In this document: one piece after another, positions 21,729 to 30,735 of the stretch
How the letters are laid out: the number at the start of each line of letters is the position of its first letter
How positions within the stretch are numbered: position 1 is the stretch's first letter
Source of the DNA: Acidobacteriota bacterium
Lineage (GTDB): Bacteria; Acidobacteriota; Vicinamibacteria; Vicinamibacterales; 2-12-FULL-66-21
NCBI GenBank assembly: GCA_016184105.1
Contig: JACPDI010000037.1
Location: forward strand, 25,031 to 89,030
Length of the DNA: 64,000 nt
Reading direction: 5' to 3'
Program-made: the position numbers and the translations under genes
The notes under the pieces: generated by a model
Seen by the model: only the letters and a program-made list of their open reading frames with translations
The model's database searches: none
What the model was told of the DNA's origin: nothing

Positions 21729-23054
21729 TTACCGGCAGCCGAACAGACGCCTCTCGAGATCGAGCGCGGCCTCCACCAGCACGTCTCCCGCGCCCTCTCC
21801 GCACTTGGACGCCACCACTTCGTAGCCCCCGGCCGCGTGGGCCTCGCGCGTGGGCAGATATCCGATATAGCCGTTGGCAATGCCGGCCACCAACGTCGGG
21901 CGACCGGCCCGGCGCTTGATCGTCAGGCCCAGCTCGACGAACGCTTCGGCGGGGACTGCGACAATCATCGCGTCGCCGATGCGCAGCGCCTGCAGGGTGA
22001 TCGGCAGCCGCTTCCCGCCGAGCGCCTCGGCTTCGCGTGCGTAGAAGTCGTGAATCGCGGCGTACATCCGCGCCGTGCGTGCGCCGGAGGTGTCCTCGAG
22101 CGCCACGCCCGCCGTTTCGAGCGCGGCGAGCCTCGCCTCGGCCGCGCGCCACGCGGCCGCCGTGGCATCGCTGGAGGGGTACCGTTTCAGCGGCAGGTCC
22201 ACGCGCGCGGTCGCAAAACCGAGCTCGAGGTCGCCGCGGGCCGGGATGCCGGCGAGCGCGCCGAGGCTCGCCTCGGCGAGCCGCTCCCCCAGTTCCCGCG
22301 CACGTTCAAACGTGCGGCCCCCCTCGATGATGCCGATGGCGCTCTTCTCGGACGAGTGGCCGGGCCCCACGTTGCCCTGCGCGCCGTTGACGAACATGGC
22401 GAACCCATCTGGAGCGAGCGCGCGCTCCAGCCGCTCGATCGTGAAGGCGGGAAAATCGGCGGTCGCCAGCAGGTTGTCCGGTCCCAGCACGGTTGGGTGG
22501 CAGGCGTAGTTCACCAGGACCGCCCGCGCCCGGCCGCTCGCGCCGGCCACCGTGATGAGACCGATCTCTTCGTCGACCGGCGTGCCATCGGAGGTACGGC
22601 GGTTGACGCCGAATCCGCTGATGCGGCCCGACCCGACGCCGGCCGCTGCCGGACCGCGGTTCTCCCAGGCAAGGGCTACGCAGTCTTCGACCGCCTGGGC
22701 CAGCGACTGCATGTAGGCCGGATCGGGACGCTCGGACGCGTCGACAAACGTCGTGAACGTGAGGGGGGCCGCGTGGGTGTGGGTCGCGGCGATGAGGATC
22801 GCGTCGCCCGCCAGACCGATCCGCCGCTCGATGGCGGCGCGCACCCGATCGACAAATGCCGCCTGCAGTGCCAGCAGGTCCGCGGCGGCCAGAGCCAGCG
22901 CCACACCGTCGCGCTCGAGCACGAGCGCGCGGACGTAGAGTTCATCGTGAGCGCCACGCGACACCCCCTGGCGCGCCCCGAACCCGGCGAGCGGCGTGCC
23001 GGGACGCGGCGAGATGCAGATCCGGGCGCAGCCGGCGGTCAACCCCTCACTCAT
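21729..23054 (-). CDS. Neutral/alkaline ceramidase N-terminal-domain family deacylase
   Basis: LAGFGAR...HDELYVRAL, AATHTHAAP, NYACHPT, ADFP, NGAQGN, NGYIGYLPT. Confidence 0.85.
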   Translation of the reverse strand: MSEGLTAGCARICISPRPGTPLAGFGARQGVSRGAHDELYVRALVLERDGVALALAAADLLALQAAFVDRVRAAIERRIGLAGDAILIAATHTHAAPLTFTTFVDASERPDPAYMQSLAQAVEDCVALAWENRGPAAAGVGSGRISGFGVNRRTSDGTPVDEEIGLITVAGASGRARAVLVNYACHPTVLGPDNLLATADFPAFTIERLERALAPDGFAMFVNGAQGNVGPGHSSEKSAIGIIEGGRTFERARELGERLAEASLGALAGIPARGDLELGFATARVDLPLKRYPSSDATAAAWRAAEARLAALETAGVALEDTSGARTARMYAAIHDFYAREAEALGGKRLPITLQALRIGDAMIVAVPAEAFVELGLTIKRRAGRPTLVAGIANGYIGYLPTREAHAAGGYEVVASKCGEGAGDVLVEAALDLERRLFGCR

Positions 23055-23832
23055 TCGCGGCGCGCGCCGCATCGGGCTTGTAGCCGAGCACGGCGGAAAT
23101 GCGACGGCAGGACTCCATGACCGCCGCGGCAAACTCACGATCGCGGTCCGGGCGAATCCGCGTGGCCGGACCGGAGATGCTGACGGCCGCGACGACGCGG
23201 CCGGCCGCGTTGAGGATGGGGGCTGCAATGCAGCGAGCGCCGCGGGAATCCTCTTCGTTGTCGACGGCATAGCCGCGCGCTCGCACCCGCTCCAGCTCCG
23301 CGTACAGAGCGGTCCGGCTTCGAATGGTGCGCTCGGTTCGTGCAAACAGGGGCCGGCCCTTGAAAATCCTGTCGAGTTCCGTGCGGGAGAGACGGGACAG
23401 CAGGCACTTGCCCAGCGACGTCGAGTGCACGGGGCTCCGCATGCCCGCGTGCGCGGCGAGGCGCAGGGCATGAGGGCTTTCGATCACCCGGATGTAGGAC
23501 ACCTCACCGTCATCCAGCACGCCGACGTTGACGGTTTCCTGGAATTGCCGCGCCAGCGGCGTGACGAGCGGCATCGCCAGCTCGCCCAGGTCGAGGGCAG
23601 CGCCGACGTCGCCGCCCGTCCGCTGCAACCGCCGCGTGAGCGAGTAGCGGCCGTCAGGGGTGCGTTCCACGTACCCCAGCCGCTGAAGGGTGAAGAGAAT
23701 CCTGAAGACGGAACTCTTGACCAGCTTCGTGCGCGCCACCAGCTCCCGCAGCGGCAGCTCGCGCTGCCCCTGGAACGCCTCGAGGACCTGCATCGCGCGC
23801 TCGATCGCTTCGATGTAGTTGTTTGTGGGCAT
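23047..23832 (-). CDS. IclR family transcriptional regulator
   Basis: N-terminal HTH (KSSVFRILFTL); HSTSLGKCLL; GYAVDNEE...CIAAPI; AVSISGP. Confidence 0.95.
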   Translation of the reverse strand: MPTNNYIEAIERAMQVLEAFQGQRELPLRELVARTKLVKSSVFRILFTLQRLGYVERTPDGRYSLTRRLQRTGGDVGAALDLGELAMPLVTPLARQFQETVNVGVLDDGEVSYIRVIESPHALRLAAHAGMRSPVHSTSLGKCLLSRLSRTELDRIFKGRPLFARTERTIRSRTALYAELERVRARGYAVDNEEDSRGARCIAAPILNAAGRVVAAVSISGPATRIRPDRDREFAAAVMESCRRISAVLGYKPDAARAANE

Positions 23833-23901
23833 GATCGGTTCACGGGCAGTGTACCCGTTCCAGCGCGGTTCACAAGAGAAATCTCAGTGTTGGGCGCGAA
23901 G

Positions 23902-24033
23902 TCGTTCTATAACGTAGAACGAGGCAGGCGAGGCGGCCGCTCCGCCCCGCCTCCTTGACAACGGACCCCGGCGCGCGCAGAATCGCGGGACGTTCCCACC
24001 CGGCAATGACATCGTCGTTCTGATTGGCAGAAT
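23902..24033. promoter_or_regulatory. Two putative IclR operators flanking a sigma70-like promoter
   Basis: TCGTTCTA-TAACG-TAGAACGA at 23902-23922; TTGACA-17 nt-CAGAAT at about 23955-23983; GTTCTG-ATTGG-CAGAAT at 24017-24033. Confidence 0.72.
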
Positions 24034-24073
24034 GGGGGCGCGCCGGGGTTTCGCGTCGGACGTGGGGCTGGAC

Positions 24074-27001
24074 ATGAATCGATTGCCCGGTGCGGGCGGG
24101 CTCGCAGTCGCGTGGCTGGCGTCGATGCTGGTGTCCGGTGCCGGGCTGGCCACCGAGCCGTTTGCGTATCGCGAGGACTTCGAATCGGGCGAGCTGAAAC
24201 GCTGGGCCAGCTATCCGCCCGCGCAGGACGTCGCGTGGGATCCCAGCCTGCTGCCTTCGCCCGTCCCGGCCCTGGGCCGCTTCGCGCTGATGCGCCGCAT
24301 TCGGCCCGTGCAGCCCGGGCCGGTGAGCTTCGGCGCGATTAAGCGGATTGAGCTCGTCGTGTCCTCCGGGTCCCGCGTCCGGTTCTCGTACTTCATTCGA
24401 TCGTACGTGCCGCCAGGCGAGCTCCGCATCGTGCTGTGCGGCAGCGACGGCGTGCGGTACGCGCACGCGATCCCGCGCCCCGCGCGGGACGAGTGGCAGC
24501 ACGCCAGCGTTCCGCTTCAACGGTTCCTCGACGGCGATCGCGCGCCTGCTGACGGCCTGTCGATTCAGGCGATGTACTGGGAAATCGATGTGCCCGAGGC
24601 GAATCCCGCAAATCAGTACTCGCTGCACCTCGACGAGATTGAAGTCGAAGGCGCCCGTCGTGCGCCGCCCGACGTTGTCGAGCCACAGAGCACTGAGCGC
24701 CCGGTCAGCGGGCCGTGGCCGTCGCAAACCCACCCGCGCCTGTACTTCGGCGAGGCAGACCGGCGCAGCTTGCTCGAGCGCACTCGGCTACCCGGTACGG
24801 ACGCGTGGTGGAAAGCGATCGAGGCGCACGCGCGCCAACTCCGCGAGACGGCAGGGCTGGAGGCCGGGCGGGACATTGGGGCCCTGGAGAGCAATCCGAG
24901 CTTCGCCGGCATGTATCCATATCTCGCGATCCTGAGACATGCGGGCGGGCTGATTCAAACCAACGCGTTCGTGTACTGGCTGACCGGCGACGCGGAGGCC
25001 GGCCGGGCGGCGCGCGCGGCGCTCGTCGAGACCACCCGGTGGAAGACGTGGACGCATCCGTGGTTCACGCAGCACGGCCAGCACACGTACTATCCCGTCG
25101 GCATCTTCGCGGCGGGCGTGGCGTTCGGCTACGACCTCCTGTACGACAGCCTGACCGCGGAGGAGCGCGCGCAGGTGCGCCGGGCGCTGTTCGAGAAGGC
25201 GATCGTGCCGGCGTTCCGCGAGTACTACGCGAACGACCGCATCCCATTCCACACGAGCAACTGGATCGCGCACGCGGCGGGCGGCTCGCTGGTCGCGCTG
25301 CTGGCGGCGGCGGAGAGCCGGGACGAGGCCGAGCCGTACTTGTCGGGGCTCCTGCAGAAGTTGCGCAGCCACTGGAGGGCGACCTACCTCGCCGACGGCA
25401 GCTACGGTGAGGGCATCGACTATCACGAATTCGACCTGGAGGGATCCGCGCGTGCGCTCGCGGCGCTCAACAATGTCCTCGGCGTCGATCTCTCCCGCGA
25501 GTACGACGTGGCCGGCTCACACCTCTACCCCCTCTACGCCCTGCAGTTGCCCTACCGGCAGCTCGATTTCGGTGACACCGCGCCGCGGCCTGGAGTCTTG
25601 ACCCCGTGGGCCTGGCTCGCGTCACACACAGGCGACGGGAGAGCGCAGTGGTACTACGAACAATATCTGAAGCAGCGTGCCGCCCTTGCCGCCGAGCGAC
25701 GGCCGGCGTCCGACGTCTTCGACTTCGTCTGGTACGACCCGCGGGTCGCTCCAACGCCGCCCGACGACCTGCCTCTTTCCCGCTACTTCGACAAGAAGGG
25801 GGGCGTGGTCTTTCGGACCGGCTGGGACGAGGACGCGCTCATCCTGAACTTCACGGCCGGCCCCTTCTTCAACCACAATCACCTGGACCAGGGCTCGTTT
25901 CAGCTCGCGGGGTTCGGCGAGACGCTGCTCGCCGAGGCGGGGCCGACGGAGTTCTACGCGGACGAGCTCTACCAGCCGTACTTCATCCAGAGCGCGGGAC
26001 ACAACGTCGTGCTCGTCGACGGCAACCCGGCGAGCCAGCGCATCGCCGACCATCGCAGTGACGTGGCGGCGCTCGACCAGTACCCGCGCATCGCGACCGT
26101 GCTGCTCAGCGACGTGCACGACCAGGTGCGGGCAGACCTGCGCCCTGTGTATCGTCCGGCGTTGACGAGGTTCGATCGAACCATCATGTTCGTGAAACCG
26201 GGATATTTCGTGCTGTTCGACCGGCTCGAATCACCCGGCCGCCACCGCTACAGCCAGGTGTTCCACCCGGAGTTCGCGCGCGACCTCGAGGTGGCCGGCC
26301 GGCAGGCATGGATCCGGAAGCCGAACGCGAGCCTGTGGATGAACGTGCTCGCGCCGCAGGACGCGCGGCTCGAGAAACGCGCGGGGCACATCCCGATGTC
26401 GGACATTGCCCGGATGAACGCGCAGCGGCTCGAGGAGCGCGCGTACCTGGAAGTGAGCGCAACAGGCACCGGCAGGGACGCCTTCCTCGTGCTGCTGTTT
26501 CCGCAGCCGGCGGCCGCCCACGACCGGCCCGCCGTCGACACGATCGAGGAGACGGATCTGCTCGGGCTGCGTGTCAGGCTCGGCGCACGCGAGGATCGGG
26601 TGGGCTTCGCGCTGCGCGACGGCGCGCGCCTTCGCGTCGCGGACATCGACACCGACGCCCGAAGCTTTCGCGTCACCCGTGTCGAGGGCAGAACCACGAC
26701 CGTGAGCGTCGAGGAGGGGACGTGGCTCGAGGCGGGCAGGCAGATGTGGCTGCGATCGGACCGCGCGGTGTCCGGCGCCGGCAGCGTCGAGAGCGGCCGG
26801 GCGCGCTGGACGGTGATGGTCGGCCCGGAGGGAGCCACGGTCGATTGCTACTCCGGCGAACGGCCGAACGCGGTTCGCGTCGACGGCCGCCAGGTCACCG
26901 CGCGCGAGCTGACCTACGACGGGCCGCGCCGTTCCGTGCGGTTGGTATTGCCGCCCGGCACTCACGCGATCGATTTCGAACGCCGCCGCCAGAGGAAATA
27001 G
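24074..27001 (+). CDS. Heparinase II/III / DUF4962-like polysaccharide lyase family protein
   Basis: Signal peptide; HPRLYF, SNW, DGSYGEGIDY, FRTGW, NHNHLDQGSF, SAGHNVVLVDG. Confidence 0.82.
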   Translation: MNRLPGAGGLAVAWLASMLVSGAGLATEPFAYREDFESGELKRWASYPPAQDVAWDPSLLPSPVPALGRFALMRRIRPVQPGPVSFGAIKRIELVVSSGSRVRFSYFIRSYVPPGELRIVLCGSDGVRYAHAIPRPARDEWQHASVPLQRFLDGDRAPADGLSIQAMYWEIDVPEANPANQYSLHLDEIEVEGARRAPPDVVEPQSTERPVSGPWPSQTHPRLYFGEADRRSLLERTRLPGTDAWWKAIEAHARQLRETAGLEAGRDIGALESNPSFAGMYPYLAILRHAGGLIQTNAFVYWLTGDAEAGRAARAALVETTRWKTWTHPWFTQHGQHTYYPVGIFAAGVAFGYDLLYDSLTAEERAQVRRALFEKAIVPAFREYYANDRIPFHTSNWIAHAAGGSLVALLAAAESRDEAEPYLSGLLQKLRSHWRATYLADGSYGEGIDYHEFDLEGSARALAALNNVLGVDLSREYDVAGSHLYPLYALQLPYRQLDFGDTAPRPGVLTPWAWLASHTGDGRAQWYYEQYLKQRAALAAERRPASDVFDFVWYDPRVAPTPPDDLPLSRYFDKKGGVVFRTGWDEDALILNFTAGPFFNHNHLDQGSFQLAGFGETLLAEAGPTEFYADELYQPYFIQSAGHNVVLVDGNPASQRIADHRSDVAALDQYPRIATVLLSDVHDQVRADLRPVYRPALTRFDRTIMFVKPGYFVLFDRLESPGRHRYSQVFHPEFARDLEVAGRQAWIRKPNASLWMNVLAPQDARLEKRAGHIPMSDIARMNAQRLEERAYLEVSATGTGRDAFLVLLFPQPAAAHDRPAVDTIEETDLLGLRVRLGAREDRVGFALRDGARLRVADIDTDARSFRVTRVEGRTTTVSVEEGTWLEAGRQMWLRSDRAVSGAGSVESGRARWTVMVGPEGATVDCYSGERPNAVRVDGRQVTARELTYDGPRRSVRLVLPPGTHAIDFERRRQRK

Positions 27002-28296
27002 GCCGGCACGCCGAGCAGCACGATTCCAGCGCCCCACGCGGACTCGCGCGGACGGCTCACCAGCGTGTTGAGCACGAACGCGCCGGCCGCGATCACGAAC
27101 AGCGCCGGCAGCACCGGATACCCCCACACGAGGTACGGCCGCCGCCACTCCGGGTGCCTGCGGCGCAGCACGATCACGGCGGCAACGGTCATCGCATAGA
27201 AGATCCACGCGGCGAAGATCACGTAGGTGAAGAGCTGATCGTATCGCCCGCTCGCGGCCAGCACGGACGCCCATACACCCTGCGCGACGATGGCGGGCAC
27301 CGGCGTGCCGAAGCGGCGGTCAACGCGCTGGAGACCCGGAAAGAACAGCCCGTCCCGCGCCATGGCGTAGTAGGCGCGCGGCCCGGCCAGGGTCATGCCG
27401 TTCACGGCGCCCGTGACCGACAGAAGAATCAGCAGCGAGATGAGAGTGCCTCCCGCGGGTCCCACCGCGACCCGCATCGCGTCGGCGGCGACATGCGTCG
27501 ACCGCGAAAGAGCGTCGAACGGAAGCACGTACAAATACGCCAGCGTGGCCGCCAGGTAGAGCGCCATCACCACGGCCACCCCGCAGACGAGCGCCAGCGG
27601 AACGTTGCGCTCCGGGTTCACCGTCTCGCCGGCCACGAACGCGAAGTTGTGCCACCCCTCGTAAGCCCACAGCGCCCCCACCATCGCCGCGCCCACACCG
27701 GCGGCCCATCCGCCGGGTGGAGTTCCGTCCCCCCACAACGGTACGAAGTGCGTAACAGATCCCTCCGTCGCGGCAAAGCAGACGAACACGATGGCCGCAA
27801 CACCCACGACCTTCACCGCCGTGAGCACGTTCTGCACGCGCGCCCCCAGCCGCACGCCGAGACAGTTCACCACCACGAGAACGACGATCAGTCCAACCGA
27901 GGCGAGTCTCGCCTCGACCACGGTCAGCGGGACAAAGTAACCGAGGTAGATCGCGAACGCGGCCCCCAGCGCCGCCATGCCGCCCGCATGGATGACCAGG
28001 AACAGCGTCCAGCCGTAGAGGAACGCGGGCATGCGGCCGTACGCCTCGCGGAGATACACGTACTGACCGCCCGCCGCCGGCAGACTCGCCCCCAGCTCGG
28101 CGTAGGCGAGCGCGCCGCAGAGGCTGAGCGCGCCTGCGACGATCCACACCAGGAGGACGAGCCCCGTTGACCCGACCTGCGAGGCGGTCAGCGCCGGCAC
28201 GATGAAGATCCCCGATCCGATGACGCAGCCGATGACGATGCTGGCGCTGTCGAAGGCGTCGAGCTGGCGTTTGAGTTCGAGGGTGGCCGGCTGCAT
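26962..28296 (-). CDS. APC family amino acid permease
   Basis: IGSGIF, YAELGASLPAAGGQYVYL, AYEGW, GETVNPERNVP, PRAYYAMARDG; AAGGAG RBS. Confidence 0.93.
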   Translation of the reverse strand: MQPATLELKRQLDAFDSASIVIGCVIGSGIFIVPALTASQVGSTGLVLLVWIVAGALSLCGALAYAELGASLPAAGGQYVYLREAYGRMPAFLYGWTLFLVIHAGGMAALGAAFAIYLGYFVPLTVVEARLASVGLIVVLVVVNCLGVRLGARVQNVLTAVKVVGVAAIVFVCFAATEGSVTHFVPLWGDGTPPGGWAAGVGAAMVGALWAYEGWHNFAFVAGETVNPERNVPLALVCGVAVVMALYLAATLAYLYVLPFDALSRSTHVAADAMRVAVGPAGGTLISLLILLSVTGAVNGMTLAGPRAYYAMARDGLFFPGLQRVDRRFGTPVPAIVAQGVWASVLAASGRYDQLFTYVIFAAWIFYAMTVAAVIVLRRRHPEWRRPYLVWGYPVLPALFVIAAGAFVLNTLVSRPRESAWGAGIVLLGVPAYFLWRRRSKSIA

Positions 28297-28387
28297 CGGG
28301 CTCGCTCCTTGAAACGTGGGAAAACTGGCCGCCGGTCGTTTCGCCCTCGGCTCGGCTCGATGGCCGCCGCGAATCAACCCCGGCCGG

Positions 28388-29572
28388 TCAGGGACGCGGC
28401 TCGGCGCTCCCGGCGAGCTTCGCCAGCTCGCCTGCCACGCGGCGGTTGTGCTCCACCAGCTCCGCGACGCTCGCGAACCGGCGCCACTCCAGGATTCGCT
28501 CGATCCCGTAAAAGTCCCGCTCCAGCACCGCAAAGCGGTCACCTTTGCCGGCCAGGCGCGCCGCGTCCGTCCGGAATCGCTTGATCAGCGCGTCCCCCTC
28601 GCGGAGCACGCCGTTCAGATCTTTCAGGTCCTGACGCCGGGGTGGCACGTCACGCGGGGGATCGATCAGCGCCTCGGCCAGGATCCGGCCATCGGCGTTC
28701 GCGGGTGGCGGCACCTTCATCAAATGACAGAGGGTCGGGACGATGTCCGTCTGTTCGGAGTACTCGAGTCGCTGGCCCGTCTTCACGCCAGGGCCGGCGA
28801 TGACGAGCGGCATCGTCCATCCATCCTCGTCATCGTACGGATGCCAGCCCGCGTCCGACTGCCCGTGGTCGGCTGTGACGAACAGCACGGTGCTGTCGCT
28901 CAATCCGAGCGACTGGAGTTCCGCCATGAACGCCCCAAGGTGCTCGTCCGCTCTCGCCGCTGCACGGCGATACGGCGAGCCTTCGGCCCAGATGTCGCGA
29001 AACCACGGGACGGATCGGTTCGTCTCGTCGTAGCTGCGCGCGCCCGCGTTGCCGGTGTCCTGCAGGTGCACGCGCATGAAGGCCGGGCGCGCGCGTCGCA
29101 GGAACTCGATCGCCCAGTGCATCGTCTCGTCGTCGTGCACGGGACTGTCGTCGCTGCCGGCCATGAACGTCAGATTGAAGCCGACGTTGAGCGCCGAGTA
29201 ATCGACGTCGTTGGCGGCGTGGGCGGTGAGGCGGGCGGGGAAGAACGACTGCTGGACGTACCGCTGATCGCGTCGGAGGAGGACCGTGCCGGCGAGGATG
29301 ACCGGATTGGGAATCGACGACCGGTGGAGCGTGCTCCAGTCGCCCGTCTTCGGGTGCGCCGGCATCACGTTGTAGGAGCGCGCGCAGTATGTGCCGCGCG
29401 CGACGAGCGATTGCAGGTGGGGGAGTGCGATCCGATCCAGCGCCTTGAAGCTCAGGCCGTCGATGATGAAGAGGACCGCGTGGAGAGGCTGCTTCGCGGG
29501 GGCGGCGATCGCGACGACCGCGAGCACGGGCGCGAGCCACACGAGCGCGCTTGCCGCGAGACGTATCTTCAT
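28388..29572 (-). CDS. Secreted alkaline phosphatase superfamily protein
   Basis: Signal peptide; LFIIDGL, HLQDTG, VTADHG, PLVIAGPG, DIVPTL. Confidence 0.78.
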   Translation of the reverse strand: MKIRLAASALVWLAPVLAVVAIAAPAKQPLHAVLFIIDGLSFKALDRIALPHLQSLVARGTYCARSYNVMPAHPKTGDWSTLHRSSIPNPVILAGTVLLRRDQRYVQQSFFPARLTAHAANDVDYSALNVGFNLTFMAGSDDSPVHDDETMHWAIEFLRRARPAFMRVHLQDTGNAGARSYDETNRSVPWFRDIWAEGSPYRRAAARADEHLGAFMAELQSLGLSDSTVLFVTADHGQSDAGWHPYDDEDGWTMPLVIAGPGVKTGQRLEYSEQTDIVPTLCHLMKVPPPANADGRILAEALIDPPRDVPPRRQDLKDLNGVLREGDALIKRFRTDAARLAGKGDRFAVLERDFYGIERILEWRRFASVAELVEHNRRVAGELAKLAGSAEPRP

Positions 29573-29577
29573 CACGG

Positions 29578-30735
29578 TCACCCGCGTCCCCGGGCCTCGA
29601 CCGTCCACACTGCCTCGACGCGCTCGCCGCGCGTGCAGAACATCTGCTCGAAGAGGTTCACGTTCGGATCGCAGTGGGTCACCATCAGCTCGAGCCGATC
29701 GCCGAGTTCGACCTCGCGGCTCGGGTGCTCCAGAAAGAGCCGCCCGTGCTCGTCTCCGCCGAACCCGTAGCGCACACCCGAGAGCCCCTTCACCTCGGGC
29801 ACGTACGGCCGATCGGTGGCAAACGCCTTCAGGCCCGCGTCGACCGTCGCCTGCTCCGAATAAGTCCGGCTGACCACCGTCGTCAGCACCCAGAGCGCCG
29901 GCTGGAAGTCGTCGAACACCGGACGGTCGCGACCGCCGATGGCCCGGTAGTCCACGTCCATGAAGACGTAGGAGCCGACCTGTTGTTCGGTCACGCCGGC
30001 AAGCTCGGAGTCGATGTTGTACGTGCCGGTGCTGCCGCCGCTCAGCATGGGTACTTCGATGCCGCGGCTTTCCAGCAGCTCGCGCGTCCTCACGGCCTTG
30101 CCCATCATGTCCAGCGAGACGCCGCGCCGTTTCTCAAATCCCTGCACGTGAGTGCAGCCGGCGAATGCCTGCAGGCCGGAGAACCGAAGGCTCTTCCGCT
30201 TGAGGAGTGATTCGGTGAGTTCCGCCGCCCCCTCGCCCGGCAGAGCACCCGTGCGTTTCAGCCCCACGTCGAGATCGACAACGACGTTGAGCACCACACC
30301 GGCCACCTCCGCCGCGTCAGCCAGATCGGCCGCTCCCCGGGGATGATCGATGACGACCATCAAGTCGGGCCGGGTCTTCACCAGACGAATCAGCCGTCCG
30401 ACGGCATTCCTGCCGATCACGGGGCTGCTGATCAGGATCCCCGGAATGCCCGCGCGCACCATCGCTTCCGCTTCCACGATTCTCGCGACACAGATGCCGG
30501 ACGCCCCTGCCGCGATCTGCCGCTTCGCGACTTCCGGGCACTTGTGTGTCTTGGCGTGGGGGCGAATCCCCTGGCCCGCGGCCGTCAGAAACCCGTGCAT
30601 CCTGCGCACGTTCGACTCGAACGCGTCCAGATCGAGAAGGAGGCACGGCGTCGGCAGGTCCTCCTTGTAAAGCTCGCGGGTTGGCACGCCGCCTTCGACG
30701 CTGCCGAGGATTTCCGCTGTCGAGTAACCGGTCAT
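29578..30735 (-). CDS. DSD1 / D-threonine aldolase family PLP-dependent enzyme (alanine racemase fold)
   Basis: LPTPCLLLD, RPHAKTHK, SGGSTGT, GSYVFMD, DAGLKA, DEHG, HCDPNVNL. Confidence 0.9.
   Translation of the reverse strand: MTGYSTAEILGSVEGGVPTRELYKEDLPTPCLLLDLDAFESNVRRMHGFLTAAGQGIRPHAKTHKCPEVAKRQIAAGASGICVARIVEAEAMVRAGIPGILISSPVIGRNAVGRLIRLVKTRPDLMVVIDHPRGAADLADAAEVAGVVLNVVVDLDVGLKRTGALPGEGAAELTESLLKRKSLRFSGLQAFAGCTHVQGFEKRRGVSLDMMGKAVRTRELLESRGIEVPMLSGGSTGTYNIDSELAGVTEQQVGSYVFMDVDYRAIGGRDRPVFDDFQPALWVLTTVVSRTYSEQATVDAGLKAFATDRPYVPEVKGLSGVRYGFGGDEHGRLFLEHPSREVELGDRLELMVTHCDPNVNLFEQMFCTRGERVEAVWTVEARGRG

Noticed and set aside
26962-27001. 40-bp convergent gene overlap as a special feature
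   Set aside because: Common in GC-rich genomes; no further signal.
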